DNA of 64,000 nt from Gemmatimonadaceae bacterium (GCA_051859245.1 JBHYGA010000008.1:47179-111178), one strand, 5' to 3'. Positions 1-9,401 are shown, numbered from the stretch's first letter. The notes: a model not told the origin generated them from the letters alone. Numbers and translations are program-made.

Positions 1-2
1 GT

Positions 3-575
3 AAAACCACGCTGCTCGGCCTGTTGGCTGGTGTGCTCACCGCCACGTCGGGATCGGTGCGTATTCTTGGCCAGGATCTGACCCCCATGTCGAGCGGCGC
101 GCGCGATGCGTTTCGTGCGCAGCACCTGGGCTATGTGTTTCAGCAGTTCAACCTGATTCCGTATTTGTCGGTGCGGGAGAACATTCTGCTGCCTGTGCGG
201 CTTGATAGCGCGCGCCGTGCGAAGCTTGGTGGGACGGATCCGGTAAAGGCGGCGGAATCGTTGGCGTCGGACCTCGATATTGCGTCGGCGTTAGGCTCGC
301 CGGTCACGGAGTTGTCGGTCGGACAGCAGCAGCGCGTAGCTGTGGCGCGGGCGCTTATCGGTTCACCGGAAGTGGTGATTTGTGACGAGCCCACATCGGC
401 ATTGGATTCCGATCGCCGTGAGCGTTTCCTGCAGTTGCTCTTTGCGTCGTGTCAGAAGGCCGGCACCACGTTGGTATTTGTGAGCCATGATTTTTCGCTG
501 CAGCCGCTGTTCTCGCGTACGGTGGAGTTGCCCCAGATCAACAGCGCCAGCGCGCTGATTGCGAAGGAGAACTAG
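3..575 (+). CDS. ABC transporter ATP-binding protein (LolD/MacB-like), 5'-truncated by window edge
   Basis: Frame opens at KTTLLGLLAG (end of Walker A); Q-loop VFQQFNL, signature LSVGQQQRV, Walker B VVICDEPT, H-loop VSHD. Confidence 0.93.
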   Translation, partial: KTTLLGLLAGVLTATSGSVRILGQDLTPMSSGARDAFRAQHLGYVFQQFNLIPYLSVRENILLPVRLDSARRAKLGGTDPVKAAESLASDLDIASALGSPVTELSVGQQQRVAVARALIGSPEVVICDEPTSALDSDRRERFLQLLFASCQKAGTTLVFVSHDFSLQPLFSRTVELPQINSASALIAKEN

Positions 576-578
576 CGC

Positions 579-2129
579 GTGGGCACGATTCTTCGGCTGG
601 CCCTGCAGTCGCTGCGCAGTCGCGCGTTCACCTCGTCGCTCACCGTGGCGAGCATTGCGCTCAGCGTGACGTTGCTCGTGGGCATTGAACATGTGCGTAG
701 CGGCGTGCGCGAAAGTTTTGCGGGCACCATTCGTGGTGTGGATCTCATCGTTGGTGCGCGCGGTGGATCGCTGCAGGTGTTGCTGTCCACGGTGTTTGGT
801 ATTGGTGCGTCGTCCACGGCGATCAGCTACGAAACGTACGAGCGCTGGGCCGAACATCCGGCGGTGGCGTGGTCCATTCCGTTTGCGCTTGGCGACAGTC
901 ATCGCAGTTATCGCGTGATTGGCACCACGAACGAGTTTTACGAGCGGTATCGTTTTCGTGAAGACGGGCGCGTGACCTTTGCGGAGGGGCGTGCCGCGGA
1001 AACGGATACCGATGTGGTACTTGGTGCCGAAGTCGCGTCGCGTTTGGGTTACACGCTGGGTTCGCCGATCGTGGTGACGCACGGATTGCAGGGTGGCGGC
1101 ATCGCGGACCACGAGGCGAATCCGTTTACGGTGGTGGGTATTTTGAACCGCACGTTCACGCCGATTGATCGCGCGATTTACGTGACGCTCGGTGGTATTG
1201 AAGCGATGCACGAGGATTTTGAGCAGGCGCCGAGTGCGGCGCCTGTGGTGCCGCCGGCGGGGACGCCGAGCATGCCGGGGGCGACGCCGCCGGTGATGCC
1301 GGGTGCGGAGCCGCCGCCGGTGATGCCTGGCGCTACGCCGCCTGCAATGCCGGGATACGAGCCCCCGCCGGGCACGCCAACCATGCCGGGTGCGACGCCG
1401 CCGGTCATGCCGGGTGCAACGCCGCCGGTCATGCCGGGATATGAGCCGCCACCGGGCACGCCCACGATGCCCGGTGCGCAGCCGCCGGTAGCCTCAGAAG
1501 CGCGTCCGACGGCGTCGGTGTCGAGCGATTCGGCGCCGGCGGCCGACGACGACCACGCCGACCACGATCACGAAGCCGAACAGGTCTCGTCGTTCATGGT
1601 GGGGACGAAGAACCGATTCGAGGCGCTGCAGCTGCAGCGCGAAATGAACACGGATCTGGTGGAGCCAGTCACGGCCATCATTCCCGGCGTCGCACTCGGC
1701 GAACTGTGGCAGAACATTTCCAGCGCCGAAGTCGGCCTGCGCATTGTGGCCATGTTTGCGGTGGCGATTGGCCTCACGGGTATGCTGGTAGCGCTGTACA
1801 GCTCACTCGACGCGCGTCGCCGCGAAATGGCGATTCTGCGCGCGGTTGGCGCGGGTCCGCGCACCATTGTGTCGTTGCTCGTGATTGAATCCGCATTGCT
1901 GGCGTTTGTTGGCTGCGTGCTTGGTGTGTTGTTCGTCTATGCGATTCTCACGCTGGGGCAAGGCGCAATCGAAGCGCGTTCCGGTGTGCATCTTGCGATT
2001 CGCGCACTCGGCGCCACTGAGTGGAAGTATCTCGCGCTCGTGCTTGGCGCCGGCACGCTGATTGGTTTTGTGCCGGCGATCAAGGCGTATCGTATGTCGC
2101 TCACGGATGGCTTGAGTCCGCGCGCCTGA
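579..2129 (+). CDS. ABC transporter permease (FtsX/MacB type) with Pro/Met-rich repeat insert and His/Asp patch
   Basis: N-terminal TM, periplasmic domain, C-terminal RRREMAILRAVGA motif and TM helices; directly after the ATPase. Confidence 0.9.
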   Translation: MGTILRLALQSLRSRAFTSSLTVASIALSVTLLVGIEHVRSGVRESFAGTIRGVDLIVGARGGSLQVLLSTVFGIGASSTAISYETYERWAEHPAVAWSIPFALGDSHRSYRVIGTTNEFYERYRFREDGRVTFAEGRAAETDTDVVLGAEVASRLGYTLGSPIVVTHGLQGGGIADHEANPFTVVGILNRTFTPIDRAIYVTLGGIEAMHEDFEQAPSAAPVVPPAGTPSMPGATPPVMPGAEPPPVMPGATPPAMPGYEPPPGTPTMPGATPPVMPGATPPVMPGYEPPPGTPTMPGAQPPVASEARPTASVSSDSAPAADDDHADHDHEAEQVSSFMVGTKNRFEALQLQREMNTDLVEPVTAIIPGVALGELWQNISSAEVGLRIVAMFAVAIGLTGMLVALYSSLDARRREMAILRAVGAGPRTIVSLLVIESALLAFVGCVLGVLFVYAILTLGQGAIEARSGVHLAIRALGATEWKYLALVLGAGTLIGFVPAIKAYRMSLTDGLSPRA

Positions 2130-2252
2130 TTCGTGTCGCTCGCGTGGCAGGTGTGGCGATACATGCCGCGCACGCAGTTGAAGTAACCAACCCCGTGCGC
2201 GTCAGGTCGCGGAGAGACGCGCACACTCTCCAGTTCCGCGCAGGAGTTTTAC

Positions 2253-3908
2253 ATGTCGTCACGTTTGTTCACGCGTTCGGGCATCGCCCTCGCGTTTGTG
2301 ATTGCGGCTATGCCGCTCGACGCGCAGGGCCCGGGTGGTCGCGGTCCGGCTCGCCCGATTGTCAAAGCGCCTGGTGCCACGCCCCCCGCGATCGATAGCG
2401 CACCGGAATACGTGCGTCGCTCGCCCGCTACTGATGCGGGCATCAATCGCATTTATGAAGAGGGCATGCAGCGCTCGCAGGTGGCGAAAATTGCGCAGGT
2501 GTTGCTCGACTCGATTGGTCCGCGACTCACGGGTTCGCCCAACATGAATCGTGCGCAAGATTGGGCCGTGTCGTTGCTTAAGAGCTGGGGCGTGGACGCA
2601 AAGAAGGAACAGTACGGCACATGGAACGCGTGGAAGCGTGGCTCTGCGTATGCATCGCTCACCGCGCCGCGTGTGAAGACACTCGACGCAACGATGTTGT
2701 CGTGGAGTGGCAATACCGGCGGACAGTTTGTTGAAGGCGGCGTGGTAATTCTTGAGCCGTATCAGACGCTCGAAGAGTTCCGTGCGTGGCTGCCGAAGGT
2801 GAAGGGCAAGATCGTTCTAACTGGCGGACCACGATTGTCGTGTCGATCGGCCGAGCAGATTGGTTTGTTCGGAATGCCGAGCACGATTGAAGCGCTGAAC
2901 CTTGAGCAGAATCAGCTCACGGCCACGTATCGCGGACTCAATCAGCGCGTGCCCACGTTCTATCAGGATGTGAAAGACGCCGGTGCACTGGCCGTCTTTG
3001 AATCGAGCTGGTCGGCGTACTCGGGCGTACAGAAGATCTTCGGATCGCCGCGCAACAACCCGCTGCCCACGCTCGACATTGGCTGCGAAGATTACGGCAT
3101 GCTGTTCCGACTGGCGCAGAACAACCAGGGTCCAGTTGTGAAGTTGATGGCCGAATCGGAGTCACTCGGCGAACAGCCGGTGTTCAATGTGGTTGGCACG
3201 ATCAAAGGCTCGGAGAAGCCGAACGAATACGTGATGCTCTCTGCGCACTATGATTCGTGGGAAGGACACTCGGGCGCCACCGACAATGGCACGGGCTCCG
3301 TGACCATGCTCGAGGCGCTGCGTATTCTGAAGACGGTATATCCGCAGCCGAAGCGCACGATCATCATTGGGCTTTGGAGCGGTGAAGAGCAGGGCCTCAA
3401 CGGATCTGGCGCGTATTCGGCCGATCATCCGGAAGTGATTGAAGGGCTGCAGTTCCTCTTCAATCAGGACAACGGCACAGGCCGCGTGGTCAGCATGGGC
3501 CCGGGCATTCTGCCCAAGAACGGCGCGCGTTTGGCGCAGTACATGTCGGCGATGCCCTCAGACATCACGCAGTGGATTCGCCTGTCAGGCCCTGGCGGCA
3601 TTGGTGGTGGCACCGACCACGTGTCGTTCGCCTGTCGCGGCGCGCCGGCGCTGACGCTCAACGCACTGTCTTGGGATTACAGCAACAGCACGTGGCACAC
3701 GCAGCGCGACTCGTACGACAAGCTGATCATCGACGACGTGAAGAACAACGCGACCCTCACGGCGATGCTGGCGTACATGGCGAGCGAAGATCCGGAGCGT
3801 AGCTCGCGTGAGCTGATCAGTCCGCTGCCAACGGGGCCGAACGGTCAGCCGATCACGATTCCGAACTGTGGTACGCCGACGCGCAGTTCGCAGGGGAACC
3901 GAAGATAG
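2253..3908 (+). CDS. Secreted M28 family metallopeptidase (carboxypeptidase Q-like)
   Basis: Signal peptide; IGPRLTGS, SAHYDSW, GATDNGTG, SGEEQGL, TDH, WHT motifs; AGGAG RBS. Confidence 0.9.
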   Translation: MSSRLFTRSGIALAFVIAAMPLDAQGPGGRGPARPIVKAPGATPPAIDSAPEYVRRSPATDAGINRIYEEGMQRSQVAKIAQVLLDSIGPRLTGSPNMNRAQDWAVSLLKSWGVDAKKEQYGTWNAWKRGSAYASLTAPRVKTLDATMLSWSGNTGGQFVEGGVVILEPYQTLEEFRAWLPKVKGKIVLTGGPRLSCRSAEQIGLFGMPSTIEALNLEQNQLTATYRGLNQRVPTFYQDVKDAGALAVFESSWSAYSGVQKIFGSPRNNPLPTLDIGCEDYGMLFRLAQNNQGPVVKLMAESESLGEQPVFNVVGTIKGSEKPNEYVMLSAHYDSWEGHSGATDNGTGSVTMLEALRILKTVYPQPKRTIIIGLWSGEEQGLNGSGAYSADHPEVIEGLQFLFNQDNGTGRVVSMGPGILPKNGARLAQYMSAMPSDITQWIRLSGPGGIGGGTDHVSFACRGAPALTLNALSWDYSNSTWHTQRDSYDKLIIDDVKNNATLTAMLAYMASEDPERSSRELISPLPTGPNGQPITIPNCGTPTRSSQGNRR

Positions 3909-3928
3909 TAACTGGAGCAGGCATAACT

Positions 3929-3998
3929 GCCGGGGCCCGTCGGCGCGCTGCGCCGACGGGCCAAGGGCACGAAGAACACAAAAGGACACGAAAACTGC
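3929..3998. repeat. REP-like palindromic repeat, family 2 (GCCGGGGCCCGTCGG..CCGACGGGCCAAGG..ACACGAAAACTGC)
   Basis: Hairpin GGCCCGTCGGCGC/GCGCCGACGGGCC; near-identical copy at 34990-35064. Confidence 0.75.
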
Positions 3999-4068
3999 AA
4001 CGGCAACAGATTCTGAGGGGAACTGCAACGGGCCACTGCTTCCTAATCGAATTTGCGATGCGTTCTTA

Positions 4069-5223
4069 TCAGCTTGGGCGCTTAGGTGCTCTCTCCAAAC
4101 GGTAACGCTCGACCGAGAGCAGGTCATCCGCATTCCGACGAACTCCAAGCACGTAGTCGCGTCCGATTTCCATCACTTGCAAGCCGTTAGGTAGCACGAC
4201 CGTCGCGATAACGGCACCTGAGGCGTTCAGCACTAGACACTCACGTGGTTGCGCTGTAGGCACTTCCTCGAACAACTCGACCCACAGACCATCGTTGTAG
4301 TCGGCGTATAAGCTGCTGTAGTAGGGTCGTGTCTTGGGACGCCACTTACTGTCCAGCTCCGCAAGAGCCAGCTCGCGATCTGCCCCAGGAGAGACCTCGC
4401 GAACCAGCCTTGCTCGTTCTGCTGCGATCCGCGACTCCCTCCAAGCCGTCTCTTTGATGGCCAACGTCGTGGATCCGGTGCTTCCGGTGCGAGTATCGAG
4501 CCACGACAGCTTTCTCTCGCCTGAGTCTCCGAACCACAGTTTCTCATAGGCACCAACAACGTGGAGATGGTGACCCAGCCGTTGTTTAGAGCCTAGCATG
4601 CCAGCTGCTGCGTTCGACGTCGCGACTGTAAGTGAGGTCGACGCCAAGCGCGGACCAAGCGACGCCGTGACCCGCGTCCGAGTGGGGTCCAGAAGCACGT
4701 ACTCCACCGAATCTCGACGAACTCCGGTTACCACCTTCGCTTCAACCGTCCAGCTACTCGTGCGCATTCCCCAGAACCGACCATTCCCTAGAACGCCGCC
4801 GATAGTGACTTTAGCGCCGTCGAGCACGGTCTCTCGGCGCTTCTCACGAACTGAGTCACTGTCGAACCAGACTGCTCGACGTCGGTCGTAAACGACGATT
4901 GCGTCGTTCAAGCGTCGCAGGAATGCGATGGAACCGACTTCGTTTGGCCCCTCGCCGCGTCGTGTCGCGATCTGCAGAGGCTGACCGTTCGCGTCGAAGA
5001 TGCGCAGTTCTCCTGATTGTCTCTCTGCGACTAGAAGGCGTCCGCGATTGAGTTCGCTAACCGCAACAATGGCGCCGAAATTTTTCGCAGGCGATCCATC
5101 ATCCTCTATTCGAAGAGTCGGTGCAGACGAAACTTCGTAGCGTTGTATCGACTGTGCGGCGAGCGGGCGCAAGCCCATCCAAGCAAACAGTAGAAGTAAA
5201 TTCGCACTTAAAGGTCCGGTCAC
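4069..5223 (-). CDS. Secreted 6-bladed beta-propeller-like protein (start uncertain)
   Basis: Signal-like N-terminus (..LAAQ), RRGEGPNE motif, repeated beta-blade segments, C-terminal VMEIGRDYVLGVRR..VERYRL. Confidence 0.7.
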   Translation of the reverse strand: MTGPLSANLLLLFAWMGLRPLAAQSIQRYEVSSAPTLRIEDDGSPAKNFGAIVAVSELNRGRLLVAERQSGELRIFDANGQPLQIATRRGEGPNEVGSIAFLRRLNDAIVVYDRRRAVWFDSDSVREKRRETVLDGAKVTIGGVLGNGRFWGMRTSSWTVEAKVVTGVRRDSVEYVLLDPTRTRVTASLGPRLASTSLTVATSNAAAGMLGSKQRLGHHLHVVGAYEKLWFGDSGERKLSWLDTRTGSTGSTTLAIKETAWRESRIAAERARLVREVSPGADRELALAELDSKWRPKTRPYYSSLYADYNDGLWVELFEEVPTAQPRECLVLNASGAVIATVVLPNGLQVMEIGRDYVLGVRRNADDLLSVERYRLERAPKRPS

Positions 5224-5265
5224 GATGACTCCAAGACGAAGAAGAATGAGCAAAAAAGAAAATGC

Positions 5266-5296
5266 TTGACAAAGATGCAGGGGGGGGGAGTATCGT
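5266..5296 (+). promoter_or_regulatory. sigma70-like promoter with G9 tract in the spacer
   Basis: TTGACA 5266-5271, G9 5280-5288, TATCGT 5291-5296 (19-nt spacer), upstream of the peptide gene. Confidence 0.45.
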
Positions 5297-5383
5297 CGGC
5301 AACTCATCTCACCCTGAGATGTAGTCGAAGCGTTCACTCAGGGGCGCTCCGAAGCTGATCCTCTAGACTGTCAGGAGTAGTCG

Positions 5384-5608
5384 ATGACGTTGAGACACTT
5401 TGGTTTTGCATTGTCGATGGCGGTCCTCAGTTTCGCATACACCGAAACCGCTCAAGCAGCGGACGAGGGTCCATGCCCTCGCATTACTTACGACTCGACA
5501 AACGGCTCGTGCAGCAACACCGGCGGAACGACGTGCAAGACCTGCAAGTACAACTGCAGCATCACCGGTGATGACGTCGAGATCGATCGCTGCCCGGCAG
5601 TCGAGTAA
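5384..5608 (+). CDS. Small secreted Cys-rich peptide (74 aa, 6 Cys)
   Basis: AGGAG RBS; Sec signal ending AQA; mature part ADEGPCPRITYDSTNGSCSNTGGTTCKTCKYNCSITGDDVEIDRCPAVE. Confidence 0.8.
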   Translation: MTLRHFGFALSMAVLSFAYTETAQAADEGPCPRITYDSTNGSCSNTGGTTCKTCKYNCSITGDDVEIDRCPAVE

Positions 5609-5688
5609 GGCCATAGCGATAAAGCATTTCTCAAGCACACTCTGAAGCCTGCGTCCACGAACACTTTAGCTCAGGAACTACATCACGC

Positions 5689-6345
5689 GTGCGCAACAAG
5701 GAAAAACGTTCACGTTTCGATCGCATCCTGAGTGTTGCAACGGTCTTGGCATTTGCGACCGCGATCGGATTGTTCATTCGTCCGAGTGCTCCGCTTGGAC
5801 GCAGGCTGATGAGCTATGTAGAGATACTGGAAGTTCAGTGGAAGGCACCAAAACGTTGGGCCGAGCTTTCTCTTGCTGCGCTGCCCCTGCAGGAAGGAGC
5901 AGCCAACTATCAAGTGATTATGATCGCTGACTTTCAATGTGCGTTTTGCGCTGAGAGTGCACCGATCGTAGACTCCGCAATAGCACTTGGAATGAGCGTC
6001 GGATACCTGCACATGCCAGCTCCATCGCGCGCTTTAGCAGTCAGGGCTGCTGAGCTCAGTGTTTGCGCAGCCGCAGGTGGCGAGTTCAAACGGGCGTTTG
6101 ACCACTATTTCTACACACTCAATTGGGCGAACGCGGATTCCGTGGAGCTCATTCTGCCTAATGTCGAAGACCCGCGCTTCCAATCGTGTGCGCAATCAGA
6201 TAGCGCGAAGCTTGAAGTGGAACGATCGATTCGAGTTGCCTCGGAGCTTGGCGTTCGAGGTACTCCGGTCTTCGTCTCAAGAACCGGATTGATTCGCGGA
6301 ATCCCAAGTCTGAAAGAGCTTCAGGCAATCGCCGGGGCGCAGTAA
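5689..6345 (+). CDS. Membrane-anchored DsbA/thioredoxin-fold protein
   Basis: N-terminal TM; ADFQCAFC (CxxC); GVRGTPVF cis-Pro motif. Confidence 0.8.
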   Translation: MRNKEKRSRFDRILSVATVLAFATAIGLFIRPSAPLGRRLMSYVEILEVQWKAPKRWAELSLAALPLQEGAANYQVIMIADFQCAFCAESAPIVDSAIALGMSVGYLHMPAPSRALAVRAAELSVCAAAGGEFKRAFDHYFYTLNWANADSVELILPNVEDPRFQSCAQSDSAKLEVERSIRVASELGVRGTPVFVSRTGLIRGIPSLKELQAIAGAQ

Positions 6346-6600
6346 TGTCAGCTTAGCTACGAAGGTGCGAATGGAGATAGTCACCATTCGGGAGCGACGG
6401 CAAACATCTTCGCTGAATGCTGGGCCTCTTGGACAAGGTGTAAGTCAATCCAAGAGACCAGACTCATTCAGATGAAAACTGAACGGTTCGCGACTTGCTT
6501 CCAAGCCGCGAGCTGCTTTCGGGTTTTTGTAGTTCGCAGTTTTCGCGCCTTCGCGTTCCCTGCGGCCCGCCCTGCAGGAACGTTGACCGGAGGGCAGTGA

Positions 6601-7197
6601 CTACCGGCCCAGCACCACCAGCGCCGCGCGCACTGTACTCGCGACATCACCCTGCGCGCCAACTTGCCGCACCGCCGCAAGCGCCTCGGCTTCGCCATAA
6701 CCGAGTGCAATAAGCGCACGCACCGATTCGTTATTCGGCGCAGCACCGCCCGCCCGCGCGCGCGACACATCACCGCCACCGGCCACGAGCAAGTCGTCTA
6801 CCTTCTCGGAAAGATCCAGCACAATCTGCTCGGCTTTACGCTTACCCACGCGCGGTACGCGCATGAGTGTGGTGATGTCCTTGGCGCGCAGCACTTCGAC
6901 TACTCGCTCGGCGCCAATGGTTGAGAGAATGCCCAGCGCCAGCGACGGACCTACGCCCTTGGCCGTGAGCACACGACGGAATACATCGCGTTCCAGTCGC
7001 GAGACAAAGCCGTATAGATCCCACGCATCTTCACGCACCGCGAGATGTGTATGCAACGTGAGTTCCGCGCCGTCAGCCGGGAGCTTCTCGAAAACGGAGA
7101 GCGGAATATGCACTTCGTACCCCGTGCCACCGCTCGTTTCGATTTCGATGAGCGCAACAGAGCGATACACCAGACGACCAGTCAGCAGCGCAATCAT
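6601..7197 (-). CDS. ruvA: Holliday junction branch migration protein RuvA
   Basis: MIALLTG start, VREDAWDLYGF, GVGPSLAL and VPRVGKRKAEQI HhH motifs, ALIALGY. Confidence 0.96.
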   Translation of the reverse strand: MIALLTGRLVYRSVALIEIETSGGTGYEVHIPLSVFEKLPADGAELTLHTHLAVREDAWDLYGFVSRLERDVFRRVLTAKGVGPSLALGILSTIGAERVVEVLRAKDITTLMRVPRVGKRKAEQIVLDLSEKVDDLLVAGGGDVSRARAGGAAPNNESVRALIALGYGEAEALAAVRQVGAQGDVASTVRAALVVLGR

Positions 7198-7724
7198 GGG
7201 CGGCGCGTGGGCAACTTGAGTGAAGACAACGAGGGGAGCCGCGGCGCGAGCAGCGCACACAGCGCCGCAGCGACACCGTCGGCCGCGTCGGCGGGCTGCG
7301 GCGGAGACTTCAGGCGAAGCAACTGCGCCACCATGTACTGCATTTGTTCTTTCGTTGCGGCGCCACGTCCGACAATGGCCTTTTTGATCACCGCGGGCGG
7401 GTACTCCTCGATCGTGACACCAGCCAGTTCACCGGCCAGCAGAATCACACCGCGCGCGTGGCCCAATACAACAGTAGTGCGCACATTCTTGGCGTAGAAC
7501 ACGTCTTCAACAGCCATTGTTGACGGTGCGTGACGCGCGATCAGTTCCGTCACACCTTCATGAATGTCGCGCAGCCTCGCCGCCAACGGCTGCTCGGCGC
7601 GCGTCCGAATCACACCACATTCAATGAGCTCCGGTGCACCGCGAACACCGCGTCGCACCACACCGTACCCGGTGACCGCCGTGCCCGGATCAATGCCGAG
7701 AACGACGCCACCGGTGAGCGTCAC
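7194..7724 (-). CDS. ruvC: Crossover junction endodeoxyribonuclease RuvC
   Basis: LGIDPG, AVEDVF, LGHARG, GAATKEQM, DAADGVA. Confidence 0.97.
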   Translation of the reverse strand: MTLTGGVVLGIDPGTAVTGYGVVRRGVRGAPELIECGVIRTRAEQPLAARLRDIHEGVTELIARHAPSTMAVEDVFYAKNVRTTVVLGHARGVILLAGELAGVTIEEYPPAVIKKAIVGRGAATKEQMQYMVAQLLRLKSPPQPADAADGVAAALCALLAPRLPSLSSLKLPTRRP

Positions 7725-8452
7725 GCGTCGTCGTCCATTTCGAAGTTCGCGTCAATGTTCTGCACGTCGTCGAGATCATCGAGTGCGTCGAGCAACTTGA
7801 GCAGCGCGGTCGCATTTTCGCCTTCCACTTTTACCGTGGACTTAGGCACCCAGGCCAGCGCCGCTTCACGCACCGGATAACCCGCCTTCTCGAGTGCTTC
7901 ACGTACCGCGTGCAAATCCGAGGGCGCAGTGGTGATGGTAAAATCTTCGCCGTCGAGCGCTACATCTTCAGCGCCCGCTTCAAGCGAGGCCATCATCACC
8001 GTGTCTTCGTCGCGCCCTTCGGCAGCGAGTGACATGCGTCCCTTGCGATCAAACAGATACGACACGGAGTTCGACGCACCAAGATTTCCACCGTTGCGCG
8101 ACAACTTGTGCCGCACGTCGGCCACGGTGCGCGTGGGATTGTCGGTGAGTGCCTGAATCATCAGCGCCACACCGCCCGGCGCGTACGCCTCGTACAGCAC
8201 TTCGATGTAGTCCACACCTTCGAGTTCGCCGGTGCCCTTCTTGATGCCGCGCTCAATGTTTTCCTTGGGGCACGACACTTTGCGCGCGTTGTCAATTGCG
8301 GTGCGCAAACGCGGATTGCCCTCGGGGTCACCGCCGCCGGCCTTGGCGGCTACGGTGATTTCACGAATGAGCTTTGTGAACAAGGCACCGCGCTTGGCGT
8401 CAACCGCCGCCTTGTAGTGCTTGGTGGTTTTCCATTTACTGTGACCAGCCAT
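7721..8452 (-). CDS. yebC: YebC/PmpR family protein
   Basis: MAGHSKW, GGGDPEGNPRLR, TDNPTRT, LDDLDDVQNI. Confidence 0.96.
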   Translation of the reverse strand: MAGHSKWKTTKHYKAAVDAKRGALFTKLIREITVAAKAGGGDPEGNPRLRTAIDNARKVSCPKENIERGIKKGTGELEGVDYIEVLYEAYAPGGVALMIQALTDNPTRTVADVRHKLSRNGGNLGASNSVSYLFDRKGRMSLAAEGRDEDTVMMASLEAGAEDVALDGEDFTITTAPSDLHAVREALEKAGYPVREAALAWVPKSTVKVEGENATALLKLLDALDDLDDVQNIDANFEMDDDA

Positions 8453-8545
8453 ATTCACTCCGGGAGCGTCTCAAAGGCGAAGGCGCCGCAGAAGCGGGGC
8501 CAACCTGATTCAACCTCAAAATATAATCAGCGCTGAGGGCTGGCC

Positions 8546-9355
8546 CTACGCCTCGATCACGTCTTCGAACCGCAGGCAGGGGGCGTCAAAATAGAGGTCC
8601 ACATAGGCCCGATCACCCGTGCGGTGCTTGAGCAGATGCAATTCGGCCGCCCCGACCAGCGCCGAGTCTGATTGGTAGAGCTCTTCCCGAAACAGGCCGA
8701 GCACGAGGTCCGCGTGCGCACTCACCGCACCGCGCACGCCAAAATCGGCGAGCACCGGGCGCAGGTCGCGGCGCGTGCGATCAAGGTTCGGCAGGTGCGC
8801 GGTGAGCAGCACCACCATGTCACGTGACACCGCGAGGCGCTTGCAGGCGAGTACCGCGTACGCGAGCGCGTCGTCGCGCGACGATGGATCCGTGAGCAGC
8901 GCTTCAAGTCCGTCAATCACGAGCAGTCGCGTGCCGCGCGCGGCGTCAACGGCGCGGGTGACGCCGGCCACACCGTCAAGCTCCATGGACATGATCACTG
9001 GTGCACGCTCGCGCAAATGCGATGCGGCCGCCGAGAGCGCGGTGCGCGCCGCATCATCGAGTGAACCGCGCCGCAAGGTTTCCAGCGGAACGCGCGAAAC
9101 CGACGTGAGTGCGCGTTCAAACGTGCGCGCCGCCGAGTATTCAGACGAGAGTACAAGCGAAGGCGTACCCATGGCGCTGGCGCGCAGTGCAAACGCGAGG
9201 GCCAGCGATGATGTACCGCTGCCTGCGTCGCCACCAAGCACGATCAGATCACCGGCGCGAAAACCGCCGTGCACCAGTGGTGCCAGGCTTGGAAATCCGC
9301 ACGGCACGAGCCACGGATCAGCTGACGCGGTGCGAACGGGTGGTCGCGCGGTCAT
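8546..9355 (-). CDS. DnaB-like helicase C-terminal domain protein with degenerate Walker A
   Basis: GGFRAGDLIVLGGDAGSGTS, RPVLADF, HADLVLGLFRE, AELHLLKHRTG. Confidence 0.75.
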   Translation of the reverse strand: MTARPPVRTASADPWLVPCGFPSLAPLVHGGFRAGDLIVLGGDAGSGTSSLALAFALRASAMGTPSLVLSSEYSAARTFERALTSVSRVPLETLRRGSLDDAARTALSAAASHLRERAPVIMSMELDGVAGVTRAVDAARGTRLLVIDGLEALLTDPSSRDDALAYAVLACKRLAVSRDMVVLLTAHLPNLDRTRRDLRPVLADFGVRGAVSAHADLVLGLFREELYQSDSALVGAAELHLLKHRTGDRAYVDLYFDAPCLRFEDVIEA

Positions 9356-9401
9356 GCGTCGTGCCCTCGCGAAGCAGCACCGCCAAATCTGGCCAGCACG
9401 C

